Part shown: one piece after another, positions 23,938-35,386 of the stretch
How positions within the stretch are numbered: the stretch's first letter is position 1
Layout: each line of letters begins with the position of its first letter
Source: Selaginella moellendorffii
Lineage: Eukaryota; Plantae; Lycopodiophyta
DNA length: 57,612 bases
Reading direction: 5' to 3'
Assembly: GCF_000143415.4 (NCBI RefSeq)
Contig: NW_003314292.1
Coordinates: 677,277 to 734,888, forward strand
Notes under the pieces: model-generated
What the model saw: only the letters and a program-made list of their open reading frames with translations
Databases searched by the model: none
What the model was told of the DNA's origin: nothing
Translations under genes and position numbers: made by a program

Positions 23938-26900
23938 TCAGGCGTGGTATTTTTTCATGGACATCTTCATGATGCTTCTCGTCGTCTCTGAGCTGCGAGG
24001 CGTCGTTCGAGTGCTTCGCCGCATTATGCTCATGAGCTTGTCCTTGGGCATGTTGAAATGAATGTTTGGTAGCGACAAGCGTAGAGGATCCTGCAGCAAA
24101 TACACGCTCAGCTTATGGTGTAACTCAAAGAACGTTTTCTCACCGAATGGTATTTTGATTTTCTCGGTTTTCCTGTGCTCGTGCTTTTTTCCGTAGTCGT
24201 CATTTCTTCCAGAGATTTTTGCTTGACGTGCTGAAGATTTGGCGGCAACAATGGTCCCCAGGGGACAATTTTCTGTATGGATTCTCCCCTGTAAGTTTAT
24301 ATGAATGGTTATTATAGTGAAACACGAACCTTTATTGGAAGTTGACGATGGAAAGCCGCTTGAAGTGGTGCGAACCATGAATCAAGCCTCAGATGTGGTG
24401 GTCCAGCATCTAGAATCGCCGCTGCTTTGGCTTGAATTGCGCTGTAATGTGACGATAAAACAGCAATGTTAAAAGGAATTGCGATCCTCCGTGCTTAGTA
24501 CCTTGATGAAGGTTCTTTGGCTTCGGGAAAATCTGTGGGAGTTGTTTCTTTGGATTCAGTTTCACCAGATGTTGTCAACAGAGAGCTGCCCCTACTTTCC
24601 CTGCTTGAACTCGACCGACTTCCCGCGCTTGAGCTTAGCCTTGAGCTCGCAGAGCTGTCCGAGTCTTGTGAAACATAATACGCTTTTCTACCAATCCACT
24701 GCTCAGGGCTTGATAAATCCCATCCACCGTACTGTCCAAATTGTCCAATCCGGACTCCTTTCTCGGTCCACAGACGGCTGTTCCAGATCCATGCGTATTA
24801 GTTCACGAAACAGATTAAGTATGAATTCTTGCCTTGTGCCAAATGTTGAGGCGGTAACAAGTATCCTATCCGTTTCGATAAATGTCATCGAGACCTGAAC
24901 AAGAAACAGTTAGTTTTCAATCTGACAAAAACATTTGATGTACGATCGTTTCATGATGAGCTCGAAAGCAAAACATCTCCGGAACAGGCGTCAAAGGGCG
25001 CTCGGCTTGATGGAAGTCGCATGCGGCCAATGACCACGATTTCACGTAGCCCTTTATATCCGAGGAGAACAAAAGCTGCATAGTTCGGGAAAATCTTAGA
25101 AAGTAACCTCGTGCGTTTGTGTACTTACTTCGTTTTTGGAATCCGAGCACATTGGACCTGGTGCACCGATATGGCATGTCGGAATCTCATGAAGCTGCAA
25201 AATCAGATGTCAACACCTTCACAACGCTATTTTGATTCACTTACCACGCTTGCATCAGGAACACGCCAGAAATAGATGTATCCATCTGAAACGAATACAG
25301 CCAAGACTTTTTCCTGCACAGATATACTAAAAATGTGTTGGCGTAAATTTGTTGGCGTACCAGCTGACCAAGAAACTGTATGTTGACGATTGATCTTGAT
25401 TTCGCAAAAGACTCGTTCGGTGGTGGATTCAGCACGCATTTTATCATCCCATCAAGCTTCCAAACAATCACCTAGACGAGAAACCAGTCATAAAAGCATC
25501 AAACTTAAGTAGAACAACAAACCTTTCCATCATAACCACCAGTTGCAACACCACCCGGTGGACAAATGCTCATGCAAACAATGTCATCGGTATGACCGTG
25601 CATCTCTCGTTCCAAGGGCTCTGACTCTTTCAGACCGTCGTGCCATATGCAAACCTGAAAATGTTCTGTTGGATATAACAGGCTAGAAGTTCAAAAGAAA
25701 CAAGCCTCACCCTTCCATTCCATCCACCGGCAGCAACATACTTGCTCCTTCCTTCCGCCAGGCACACAACACAGGTGATTTCATCCTGTAGGAAGATAGT
25801 ATTAAAGCTCTGAAAATGACATGTACTGACCTGACCAAACCCGCAGTACTCCTTTAGACACTGGCCATTGTTGAAGTTCCACATTCTCAGAGTTCCGTCC
25901 TGTCCCCCAATCAAAAGTCTTCGGCCGGAAGCATCAACAGTCATCGCTGACATTTTTGTCGACCTGTGCAAAATAGTTAGATCTTTCAAGGCATCATAAT
26001 CTTCTAGACATACTTGCCGTCTGAGAATGAGAAAGTATGGTGTCCATCGTCAATGTTCCAAATAGTGACAAGCGACTCAATTTCAGCCACAATGAGCTGG
26101 CGAAATGTACTACTGAAACCCGAACCACATATCTTCCCTGAACGCGTTTCACTGGCAAGCCGCTTGCGCCATGCTTGCAGTGAGGTACCTCCACCTAAAA
26201 GAACCTGCGAAGAACGGAAAGATGAGCAAGAAAAATGATGACACTGCAAAAGCAAAGTCTTACGCTTCTTCGTTTGTCATAAAGAAGTCTGGAAATTATT
26301 GGAGGTTCGCCAGATTTATCGAGTGTCTTGTCAACAACAGTTTGCATACACCGATTGCTCCTCATATCCCAAATTTTTATGATGCTGTCGGTTGCTACAC
26401 TTACGATTTGGTTATCGTCTTCGTTTACAACGACGTCCTGCATGTAAAACAATGTCAGTTTACACAAGGCAGCTTCCATCAATGCACAAACCACAACAGG
26501 CGACTGATGCCCGATCAACTGCCCCATTATCTTTGCTGTAAAAGGATTCCATATGTTAACGTTTCTTTCCAACCCGCAAGTGACAATGAAATTAAAACTC
26601 CTGTCAAATAAAAAGGTTTAGCAAAAACTGAAAGTCTTGGAAGTTCGATGCAAACCTGCAATAATCTAGTGCAAATATCCCGTGGTGGTGTTCTTTGCCA
26701 GACCACTTCCTTTTCTGTTTTTCTAGATCAAGCATGAGAAGTGTGCTATCCATGGAGCAGCTCAGTAACGAGGACGAATGAGATAGATACTTAATCCTTG
26801 TAACCCAGTTATTGTGTATTTTCCAAGGTAGCTTTTCAGACATGCCCGGCAAAAGCTCCTCCGTCACCCCAGCTGCAATGCGTGGAATCTCCCTGCAACA

Positions 26901-28427
26901 CTCGCACACTGCAATTCCAAATCGAAGAAAACAGAATCCTTACCCTCCCCACTCGTCAGAGAAATCATACACATGAAGGTAGCCACGGTCATCTCCATAT
27001 AGCAGCTTATCATTCTCTGGAGTCCTCACCCAGGTAGCACATAATGCTCCATTTCTCTGTCAAGAAAATGACTTAGAAACCTTTGAAGGATAACAAGAAC
27101 TTACCAAGTTCTCAATCCTTCCCAGGACATCAAACGAAAGTCTTCCCGTGTCATAAAACGTCACACTGCATATTCCAGATGTCAAAGATGCATCGTCTTC
27201 TGCTTCATCTAGTCACCTTCTATCCATTGCAAACACCGCCAGAGGTTGTTGAGCCATGGCGACAATGTCAGTGATCCACGCTGCCATATTTCAACTTCTA
27301 TAGTGGAATTTCATCAGGGAAGAAGCACTCGTGGGGACATGTACCTCCACCACCATTCTTTTGTGTTCGTAACAACTTCAGAGAGTCTCCATGCCACAAT
27401 TTAAGCATTCCGTCTTGTGTTGCTGTAACATATGTTTGTATGTGAGATAAAAGAATAATCTGCACGATGTCTGCTGTTAGTAGCGTAAAACTATGATACA
27501 TGCCAACCTTTTCAATGATATGAGAAGGACGCTCCACAGTCGTGTTACAAGCTTTGAAGCTTTTCATAACTGGCCTTTCTGCTATGACTTCGTCCTCTTC
27601 ATCAGATTCCTCAGAATCGGACTCATCCTCCATTTTTGTTGCTCCTTTCTTGCTAGAAGGTTTCATCTTCACATACGTTGCAAAGTCCGCACCCGGCTCA
27701 TCTTCTTTTGCTAGCTGAGAAAGCAGAGTTTGTTTTAGCGAGAGACGCGGTTTCTAAGAAACCAGTACCTGTTGCTGAAGAATGTAGCTTGTAAAATCAT
27801 CAAAATCTACAACGCCCTTGCTGTTCACATCGACCTTCATGAAAAAATGTTCCATTTCCTTTTCACTGACACACAAATGCACGCTTTGTTACAAAGCACT
27901 TACGAGAAGTCACAACGAACCTCAGCTCAGAAGCCACGTCCTTGATGTTCTTGCACGTTTTGATGAAATTTGCCTGCAAGACAAGCATTTGTTACTCGAT
28001 AGTAATTCGGAAAGTTATAAGCCCAACTCTGTCAAGTTCTTCACGCGTGGCTTTATCAAAAGCCTTCTTGAATTCCATGAGCGTGTGAGAGCTTAAACCT
28101 CCACGCCGTCTTTGAGGCTGAGGCACAAGTCAGTAAACCATCATACTTTTTTGTTTTCCTTCGAAAGTAGACCGACCTCAGGCTGTGGTTTTGATTTAGA
28201 TACTGGAGCTCTATCCGAGGGCCCTCCAGGTTTTGGAGGCAACTTTCCTCCATGTGCTCCACTTTCTCGTTCACGAGCATGAAATATTTGCTGCCAAATT
28301 GCAAAAGAAAAGCTCAGAGCCGGAATGCGTTCCAAAAAATAAATCTAACCGCGAAACTCGACTTTCGATTTCCACGCCACTTGGATGACTTGAAAACGTC
28401 GAACTCGTTGTTATCTCCATCGGCCAT
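23938..28427 (-). CDS. EF-hand plus WD40-repeat protein, WDR49/CFAP337 (WDY/EFCAB8)-like, probably ciliary; many short introns
   Basis: EF-hand-like FFMKVDVNSKGVVDFDDFTSYI near the N-terminus. WD repeats HNNWVTRIKY...SCSMDSTL, VNIWNPF....GQLIGH, DSIIKIWD and GRRLLIGGQDGTLRMWNFNNGQCL. The start codon is uncertain (28427 or 28420). Confidence 0.75.
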
Positions 28428-28616
28428 CGCAACAGCTCAACGACGAACACCCGCCCGCGACGGTGGCCGCTCCAAAAACCTACCTGACACCACACAAAAG
28501 TGGTTGAGAAATGGACTCACGCGAATCCGTGCCCTATTGCGCTTTGAATCAACGATGTTTTATTCCCCAAAACCCGTCGTGGCACATTTTGAGCCACACG
28601 ATCAGCTTCCCCTGTT

Positions 28617-30159
28617 CTAGTCTTTGGCGTCTGTGATCCCACCTGGTGCTATCTGGAAGACGTGAACACTGTCAAGGTCAGCTAGTTGAAACTTTGGAAG
28701 AAAAAAAAATCCAACGAAAGGATATAGCTTCGGACTCCGGGAGGCTTGGAGAGTCGATGACTTTGCAAATTCTTTGTTCGCCCTTCCCCTTTCTGAACAT
28801 CAGTCTTACTGTCGAAGCATGAGCCAGGACGTGGCCACCAGCGGGCTTTTTTGGATCCGCGACGAAGGTCCCGCCGCCAGGGTCAGCAATGACTTGGTTC
28901 GTAAGAAACACCGCGACGTTGAACTCCTCAGCAATTTTGATGAGCCTGGAGAGCATCTGCGCCAGCTTTTGCTGCACGGCCACAAAGTTAATTGGCTGAA
29001 TGTATGAAGTAAAAGTCGTCTTACTTGTCTCTCTGCCAGTTCTCCACGCCCTGAGAAGTCTACCCGAAACAATGAGGTGATGGAGTCCACAATCTGTGCA
29101 GTTCCTTGTAAGACAGGATAGAAGATACAAGAATTAATTCTTACCAGGAGCCTGAACGGTTCTTCAGTCATTTTAGCCGCTATGGCGATCAGAAGGTTGT
29201 ACTGATGCTCGTGCGTGTATGCTCGAGCATACACAATCTGGAAAGCCGAAAGTTACTCAGGGGTTGAAGAGCTAAAATGCTTACGTTGTCAAGAGCAGCT
29301 GTTGGATCCAGTCCAAACCTTTCCGCGATGGCGACTATTCGATCAGGACGACTGCAAGCATCGTTTAGAATTCACATCAGAGAAAAGCAAAAGCATAAGA
29401 CGATGATCATACAACGTTCCCTCGGTGTCGATGTAGGCCACTTTGCCATTAGCTCCGTGTAAGCCCAACGGCAGCTGCGTGGCTACGCAAAGAGTGTGCG
29501 CGAGCTGAGTTTTGCCGGTCCGGAATTCGCCAAAGGCTTCGGTGATTGCCATCGTTTCTATACCACCTGGTGCGTATGGCGAAAAGAGATGAGAAAAAAA
29601 AGAGAGAAAAGAATAGAGCATACCACCGAGAAGGTCATCCAAAAGCTGGCTTCCTGTAGTGATATGAATCACGGATTTTCTCTTGTGAAGAGCCTCGTTA
29701 CCAGTGATATAGCCGACTTGCTGGAAAATGGCAGTGAGCGAGAAGGAAAATCCAGATTCAAGGCACTTACAACTATCTTTTCTGCCGCTTCCAGGATCTT
29801 GTCGACCTTTGCTTCGGACAATCCCTTGATGGCTGTGAGGCTCTAGAGCAGCATAGAAGAAACTCCACAGATAGGTGAGAAAAAATCGATCGATTCACAC
29901 CTTCTTTGTTTGCATGATCAGTCCATTGCATGTGTGAATTCCCGCATCCTGGAGCTTTTTCACATCCCCGGCATTGATCCCCTGTGCGGTGACTGGAAGA
30001 ACAAGAAATCTAGAAGGCCGAGCGATCGATCTAGAGCCAAAACAGAGACTCACGCTTATCGATGGTCTCAAACGAGTCCTCCTCCTCATCGGCGACGGCG
30101 ACGAGCTGATTGTCCTCTCGTGCTTCCAAGGCGGCGGCGGCGACCGGGGTGCTCCTCAT
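28617..30159 (-). CDS. DMC1: Meiotic recombinase DMC1
   Basis: [12 protein letters not shown]|[24 protein letters not shown], Walker [51 protein letters not shown]. Confidence 0.98.
28662..28725 (-). other. U12-type AT-AC intron (last intron of DMC1), 64 bp
   Basis: 5' site ATATCCTTT, branch CCTTGAC about 10 nt from the terminal AC. Splicing joins PESEA|VFQI in frame. Confidence 0.92.
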
Positions 30160-30244
30160 CGCTCAAGCTCTGGGCGGGAAAACCCTAGACTTTCAAATAT
30201 GAAGCTATCGCAAGTGTTTTAGCGGGGAAGTAACGTTCAAAACT

Positions 30245-31583
30245 ATGGCTTTTAGGGTTAGGTCAGTCAGCAGTGGAAGAACTACGCATCTTCGAGGAGC
30301 CGGCGATCACGAATTCGAGGTGGGCGCATCTGGCAAGGCTCGTCACGTATTTCTGTCTACTCTCTGGTGAGGATGGGCGGCAGCAGGGGGCCTTCTTTCC
30401 TGGTTTGGCAGCAAGCAGCAGCAGCAGCATCTCCGCTGCTTGAATTTGATCGGTTTTCCAGAGCAACAACACTCAGATTCTCTTGGCTGGCTACCAGTGA
30501 TCGGGAACCTCTTCGCTCCCTTACGATCAGCGTCAATGGGGCCATGGATGGCTTCTGGTCCAGCATTCTCGCCTCCCAGCAGCTCCGTGGTGTCCCTCTC
30601 ACGACGACGGCAGCGCCTCCAATCCTTCCCAATCTCGTCCACGGGCTTGGACGTAGGCACAACGCAGCAGCTCCTCGACTTTTGCCCCTCGGTCGTCTAC
30701 TTCCAGCTGACCAAGCCGGTGGTGAAATCGCCGGGGACGTATTTGCTCAAGAGCCACAGCCTCCACTGGCTTGCACTGCGTTCTTGGAGGGGCAATAGAG
30801 TCGCCAGCTTTTCTCTCGCACAGGTTCCCTTTTTCTTTCTTTCTTTGTTCGTTCTTCTCGAGTTGCCAATATCAACAATTTTCCAGAATCCTGCCGATGT
30901 CGATCGCCTACCTCGACATGCCCAAGCTCCGCTGGATGTTCGTCAGCGTGGTGCCGCGCCTGGAGCTCTCGCCGTCGACGGGCAACCTTGAGTGGATCAA
31001 GGCGCACAGGGGCGTGCGGATCATCCAGGAAGCTCAAGAAGCTGACGTTCACAAACACCTGTCAAAGCTCTGCCCATGTAACGCAAATCCTGGAGCGTTT
31101 TGCTTGATCACGCAGCTCGACTACTTCGTGAACTCTTCCAGCTTCCAGCCGAGGTCCGTCAACCTTGCACAGCTTCTGGAGCCATTCCCGGCCCTCGAGG
31201 TGTTCACAGTTGCTCACGCGTCCATCAAGGTACTTTACAAAGTTTCTCTGCATTGAAGACTTGCTCTATCCGATCCAGTGAGCCTTGACGAGTGGAGCAG
31301 CGGGCAACGAGTTCCCGAGTCGTGCTCAAGATCCATCCCATCCGGTTTGGCGTGCCGCAGCGCTGCGATGGCGTCTAGCGTTGCACGAAGGCCAAGTTTG
31401 GTTCGAGGCGCCCTACACTGCGATCCACCATTGCTTTCACACGACGGAGGAGTGGTCTTGGTGGTCAACGGCTCACGGGTCAAAAAGGTCAACGAAGGTC
31501 ATGTCCAGCTCGGCGCCGCACCATTTTACTGGTGGTGTCAACCGAGCGGGATTCACGCGCCCAGTACACGAGTTTGCGCTTGA
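30245..31583 (+). CDS. Hypothetical gene or pseudogene, head-to-head with DMC1
   Basis: Coding-like segments at 30440-30820 and 30890-31230 separated by pyrimidine-rich intron-like stretches. No confident family and no clean model. Confidence 0.35.
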
Positions 31584-31652
31584 ATATTTAAGCGGTGTGA
31601 GCTCGTGAAAGGGTGCCTGCTCTAGATTTTTTTTCTTCTCATTCTCTGGCCG

Positions 31653-32252
31653 ATGATCATGGCTGGAGAAAGAATGTTCACGATTGTTGGTATCGTCTCA
31701 ATGTTGCTTCTTGGCGGCGCTACTGCTGGTGGATCACTCGATCGCTCTCAACTTGGTCCCAAGGCAAGTCTTTTCAATGGTTTCTCTCTTTTCTTTCTTC
31801 CAACCAGGCAATGACGGCTTCGCATCGATCAGGAGCCGCGAGGAGTGCCCAGAACGTTGCTTCAAACCGGCGCCAAGCTTGTGAAGCATGAGGCAAGAGA
31901 AGTTCCAGGCGGCGCTTCCGACCCAAAGCAGTACCAGGGCAGCATCGCGAAGGCGTGCGAGGACTACGAGAGGCAAATCGCCTCGTCTCCGCAAAGCTTC
32001 GATCCCTCTTCGCCACCGCCTCAAGAGCTCTACTCGTCTTTGGCATGCGGGAAAGCGATGATCGAGAACACGCATCCATCTCCATCTTCGTCCCTGGATT
32101 CTCTGCAGGAATCCCTCGCTGCCCGGCCCGGCGAAGGATCGTTGCTTCAACACGGTGGCAAGAACGAGATGATCAATGTTGAGCCGGAGAGGAACGTCCC
32201 GAGTGGTCGCGATCCCATCCATCACAAGATTGACACGACAAGTTTTCCATGA
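31653..32252 (+). pseudogene. CLE (CLAVATA3/ESR-related) peptide precursor-like gene, apparently damaged
   Basis: C-terminal 12-mer RNVPSGRDPIHH (32190-32225). Signal-peptide-like 5' region and a GC-AG intron at 31764-31807. Joining them needs a frameshift near 31705 and read-through of the TGA at 31812. Confidence 0.7.
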
Positions 32253-32379
32253 CAAGATCTTTGTATCCTTCTTTTGGCACGATGAGTAAACTGAAAGTTG
32301 GCACCGGGGAGAAATGGTTTGCTGCTGGATGTCCCTTGGTGGGCTTTGTCGGTGAGTGAAGATTAATCTTAGATAAGAA

Positions 32380-32460
32380 GTTGAGATGGCCGAGTTGGTC
32401 TAAGGCGCCAGATTAAGGTTCTGGTCCGCAAGGGCGTGGGTTCGAATCCCACTCTCAACA
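32380..32460 (+). tRNA. tRNA-Leu(AAG)
   Basis: Acceptor stem GTTGAGA/TCTCAAC, A-box TGGCCGAGTTGG, anticodon arm CCAGA-TTAAGGT-TCTGG, long variable arm, B-box GGTTCGAATCC. Confidence 0.97.
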
Positions 32461-33040
32461 ACACTGCCCCGAGTCCGGACAATGTCCCAAAGAACGAAGC
32501 CTCGAGCGCGGAATTTCTTTCTTTTCTTGATATTGCTCTTCAGTTTGAATCGCGCTTGTGAATTGATCGTGTGGTCGAACGTCCCCGACACCTGAATCCA
32601 GAGTCACCCACATGATATGTACGGAATTAGACAATAGTGTGTACGGAGATAGACAATGTGAGAGTTTTTCCTGCCTCCGTGCTGGCCGCCAGTGATTCGA
32701 GAGCCGTCTTATCGTACCCGGCTTTGATCATATGTCGATCCGGTTCATGCCGGAACCTGCAAACCCATCCATCCCAGTTCATACGCCACTCCATTGCCGA
32801 ATTCTTCCAAATCCACAAAAACTTGGACGTTTTGACCGTCGCGATCCATGCCATCGTTTTCTTTACCTCCGCGATCACAAGGCGTCGTTAATAACAGATT
32901 ATATTAAACTAATCTAAATCCTTAACTAGTTATGCAATGTTAACAGGAGAATAACCTGCGAACGTAAAAGATTCCAGCATATGCGTAGTTCTAGGGTTTA
33001 AGGAGAGGACCGCGCGCGCGCCCTTCGTCTCGGCGTCGCA

Positions 33041-33952
33041 ATGGTAAGCGCAATGCCGCCGCGTCGATTTCTCCCAATTGCTCGCTGTTTTTGCAGCTCT
33101 TCTTCTCATATTTCAAGGAGCTCGTCGGGAAGGAGGTCACGGTGGAGCTCAAGAATGACCTCGCCATCACTGGAGTGCTTCATTCGGTGGATCAGTACCT
33201 CAACATCAAGCTAGAGAACATCAAAGTCGTGGACGAGATCAAGTACCCACATATGGTTCGTTTCTAGTGTTTTTCTTTGTTTTTTTTTCTTCTCTTTCGT
33301 CCTAGTTCTCCACTTCTCGTTTGTTCGTTTTCTTTTGGTTCTCAAGCTTTGTTTTCCTCTGGTGACTGATCGCGTTTTTCATCTTTTTTTTTGGTGTTCT
33401 TTCTTCTCTTTCGTCCTGTTTTGTAAGAGTTCTAGTATTTCTCCATTTGATCGTACTAGGCTACTTCTCTTTCGTTATTGCTTTCGGTTCTCAAGTTTTG
33501 TTCTCCTCTGGAGTGACTGATCGCGTTTTTCTTCTTTTTATGGTGTTCTTTCTTCTCTTTCGTCCTGCTTGGTTAGAGTTCTAGTTTTCTCCATTTTATC
33601 GTAGGCCTTGTGTTTTTTTTCGGTTATCGGGTTTAGCTAACTTTGTTCTCCTCTGGAGTGACTGATCGCGTTTTTCTTCTTTTTATGGTGTTCTTTCTTC
33701 TCTTTCGTCCTTCTTGGTTAGAGTTCTAGTTTTCTCCATTTTATCGTAGGCCTTGTGTTTTTTTTCGGTTATCGGGTTTAGCTAACTTTGTTCTCCTCTG
33801 GAGTGACTGATCGCGTTTTTCTTCTTGTGAAGATGTCCGTGAAGAATTGCTTCATAAGAGGCTCGGTCGTGAGATACGTACAATTACCAGTCGATGGTGT
33901 CGACGTCGAGATTCTTCACGACGCAACTCGTAGAGAAGCTCGTGGGAATTGA
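33041..33952 (+). CDS. LSM2: Sm-like protein LSm2 (exons 33041-33043, 33097-33255, 33833-33952)
   Basis: M|LFFSYFKELVGKEVTVELKNDLAITGVLHSVDQYLNIKLENI...KYPHM|MSVKNCFIRGSVVRYVQLP...LHDATRREARGN*. Confidence 0.97.
33270..33826 (+). repeat. About four tandem copies of a ~145-150-bp unit inside LSm2 intron 2
   Basis: GTGACTGATCGCGTTTTT recurs at ~33362, 33513, 33658 and 33803. The last two units are almost identical. Confidence 0.9.
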
Positions 33953-34162
33953 GACAAACCTGTGGTGGTCCATCACTTTGCTTCAATCCAAAACTCTTTC
34001 TTGTCGGAATATCCATCCAGGAAGTATGTGTTTTGTACTGGAATATCCTTTGCTTGTTTCCAGGTCTTTGCTACAGGATCATCGCACACCTCCCGTAAGC
34101 GACCTCTCATTTTTGCGAATCTCTTTATCCTTAGCTTGTCCTGTGCAGTAAAAGCCCGAGCT

Positions 34163-35002
34163 ATGGAGGAACAATTCGTGCTGAGGGTTCCTCCCTCTGT
34201 AGCTGAGAAGCTGCACAGTATTCTCAGTGAAAATTCCGATGAAGACTCCATCGATCTCGCTTTTAACGGTGAGTCTCCTCGCCAGTGCCTCGATCGAGCA
34301 AAATTGAGCACCTGGAGAGCTCGTTCTAGGTGATGGACGAACAGGCAAGTTCACAATTGGACAGGACGAGTACGAAGTCTCGCTTGTGGATCTACCCTGT
34401 GTCGTGGAATCGTACAAAACTTATGACCATTCCGTGCTGATCAAAACAGCCGACATTGGACAGGTGCGTTTGTTATCTCCTCCCAACTTAATCGTTACTT
34501 AGTTTCGTGTCGCATCCATGCCAGATGATCCTTGTGAATGATCCGGAAAATCCCTCGAAGCCAGATGCTACACCGGAGTACAAGCATGGACTCACCCCTG
34601 CCATGAAAAACGCACGAAAGCGAAGGTTTCGCAGGCAACCCGACATGGATGTAAGTCTATTTCAATTTTTATCACCGAAAAAAAATCTCTTTTTGCAGCC
34701 TGAATACGTGAGTAAAGTCGAGGAAGACTTGACGAACATAATGGCAGGGGGCACTGCTCGCGATGTAGATATCCTTTCTCGGTCTTTGTTTTGCTTGGCT
34801 TTTATTTTCCTTAACCGGCGTGACACATGTTGAAGTTCTTGAGCAGGAAGAAGAGGTCGAAGACGAGCCTGTCCAAAGGAAGCCAGCGCCAGAGCCAGTT
34901 CCCGCTGGAGTTGCCACTGAAAAGAACAAAGTTTCAAAGCCAGGCGCTGATGGTTCTTCGTCCTCTGACGATGGCGACTACGACGACGACTCGGATAATT
35001 AA
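34163..35002 (+). CDS. TAF7: Transcription initiation factor TFIID subunit 7
   Basis: MEEQFVLRVPPSVAEKL..., SLVDLPCVVESYKTYD..VLIKTADIGQ|MILV, EYKHGLTPAMKNARKRRFRR, acidic tail. Confidence 0.96.
34769..34826 (+). other. U12-type AT-AC intron (last intron of TAF7), 58 bp
   Basis: 5' site ATATCCTTT, perfect branch TTCCTTAAC (34807-34815), terminal AC. Splicing gives in-frame ARDV-D-VEVLEQEEE. Confidence 0.92.
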
Positions 35003-35154
35003 GAAAACAAGGAACACTGGTATCACTTGATCACTTTGATCTGTATTTAATCTATGTTTCTAACCAGCGCAGGAAGTGAGGCTATCCGCAGGTAACAGTT
35101 GTCATGGTAAGCATTCGTTGATGATGCTGCCTCTTCGCTATCACTCATGTGTTT

Positions 35155-35226
35155 GTGGCTGTAGTTTAGTGGTAAGAATTCCACGTTGTGGCCGTGGAGA
35201 CCTGGGCTCGAATCCCAGCAGCCACA
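35155..35226 (+). tRNA. tRNA-His(GTG)
   Basis: Acceptor stem GTGGCTG/CAGCCAC, anticodon arm CCACG-TTGTGGC-CGTGG, T-arm CTGGG-CTCGAAT-CCCAG. G-1 is not encoded. Confidence 0.96.
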
Positions 35227-35386
35227 CCTTATATTAAGGTTCCTCTTTTTTTCTCATTGCCTTTGGTATATGCTTGTTTATCATCTTCCCTCGGTTGTAT
35301 CATACGCATCTTCGAACATTCCTCTGTATATCCATGGTTCTCGCGTCTCATATACCTCTTCTCTCATTCGTTTCTGTCAGCTAGCC

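Noticed and set aside
32627-32917. Short overlapping ORFs between tRNA-Leu and LSm2
   Set aside because: No recognisable motif or consistent splice model.
28662-34826. Functional cluster of two U12 introns around LSm2
   Set aside because: No mechanism links gene position to minor splicing, so chance in a gene-dense region is sufficient.
35040-35154. C/D snoRNA next to tRNA-His (TGATGA)
   Set aside because: There is no matching D box or terminal stem.
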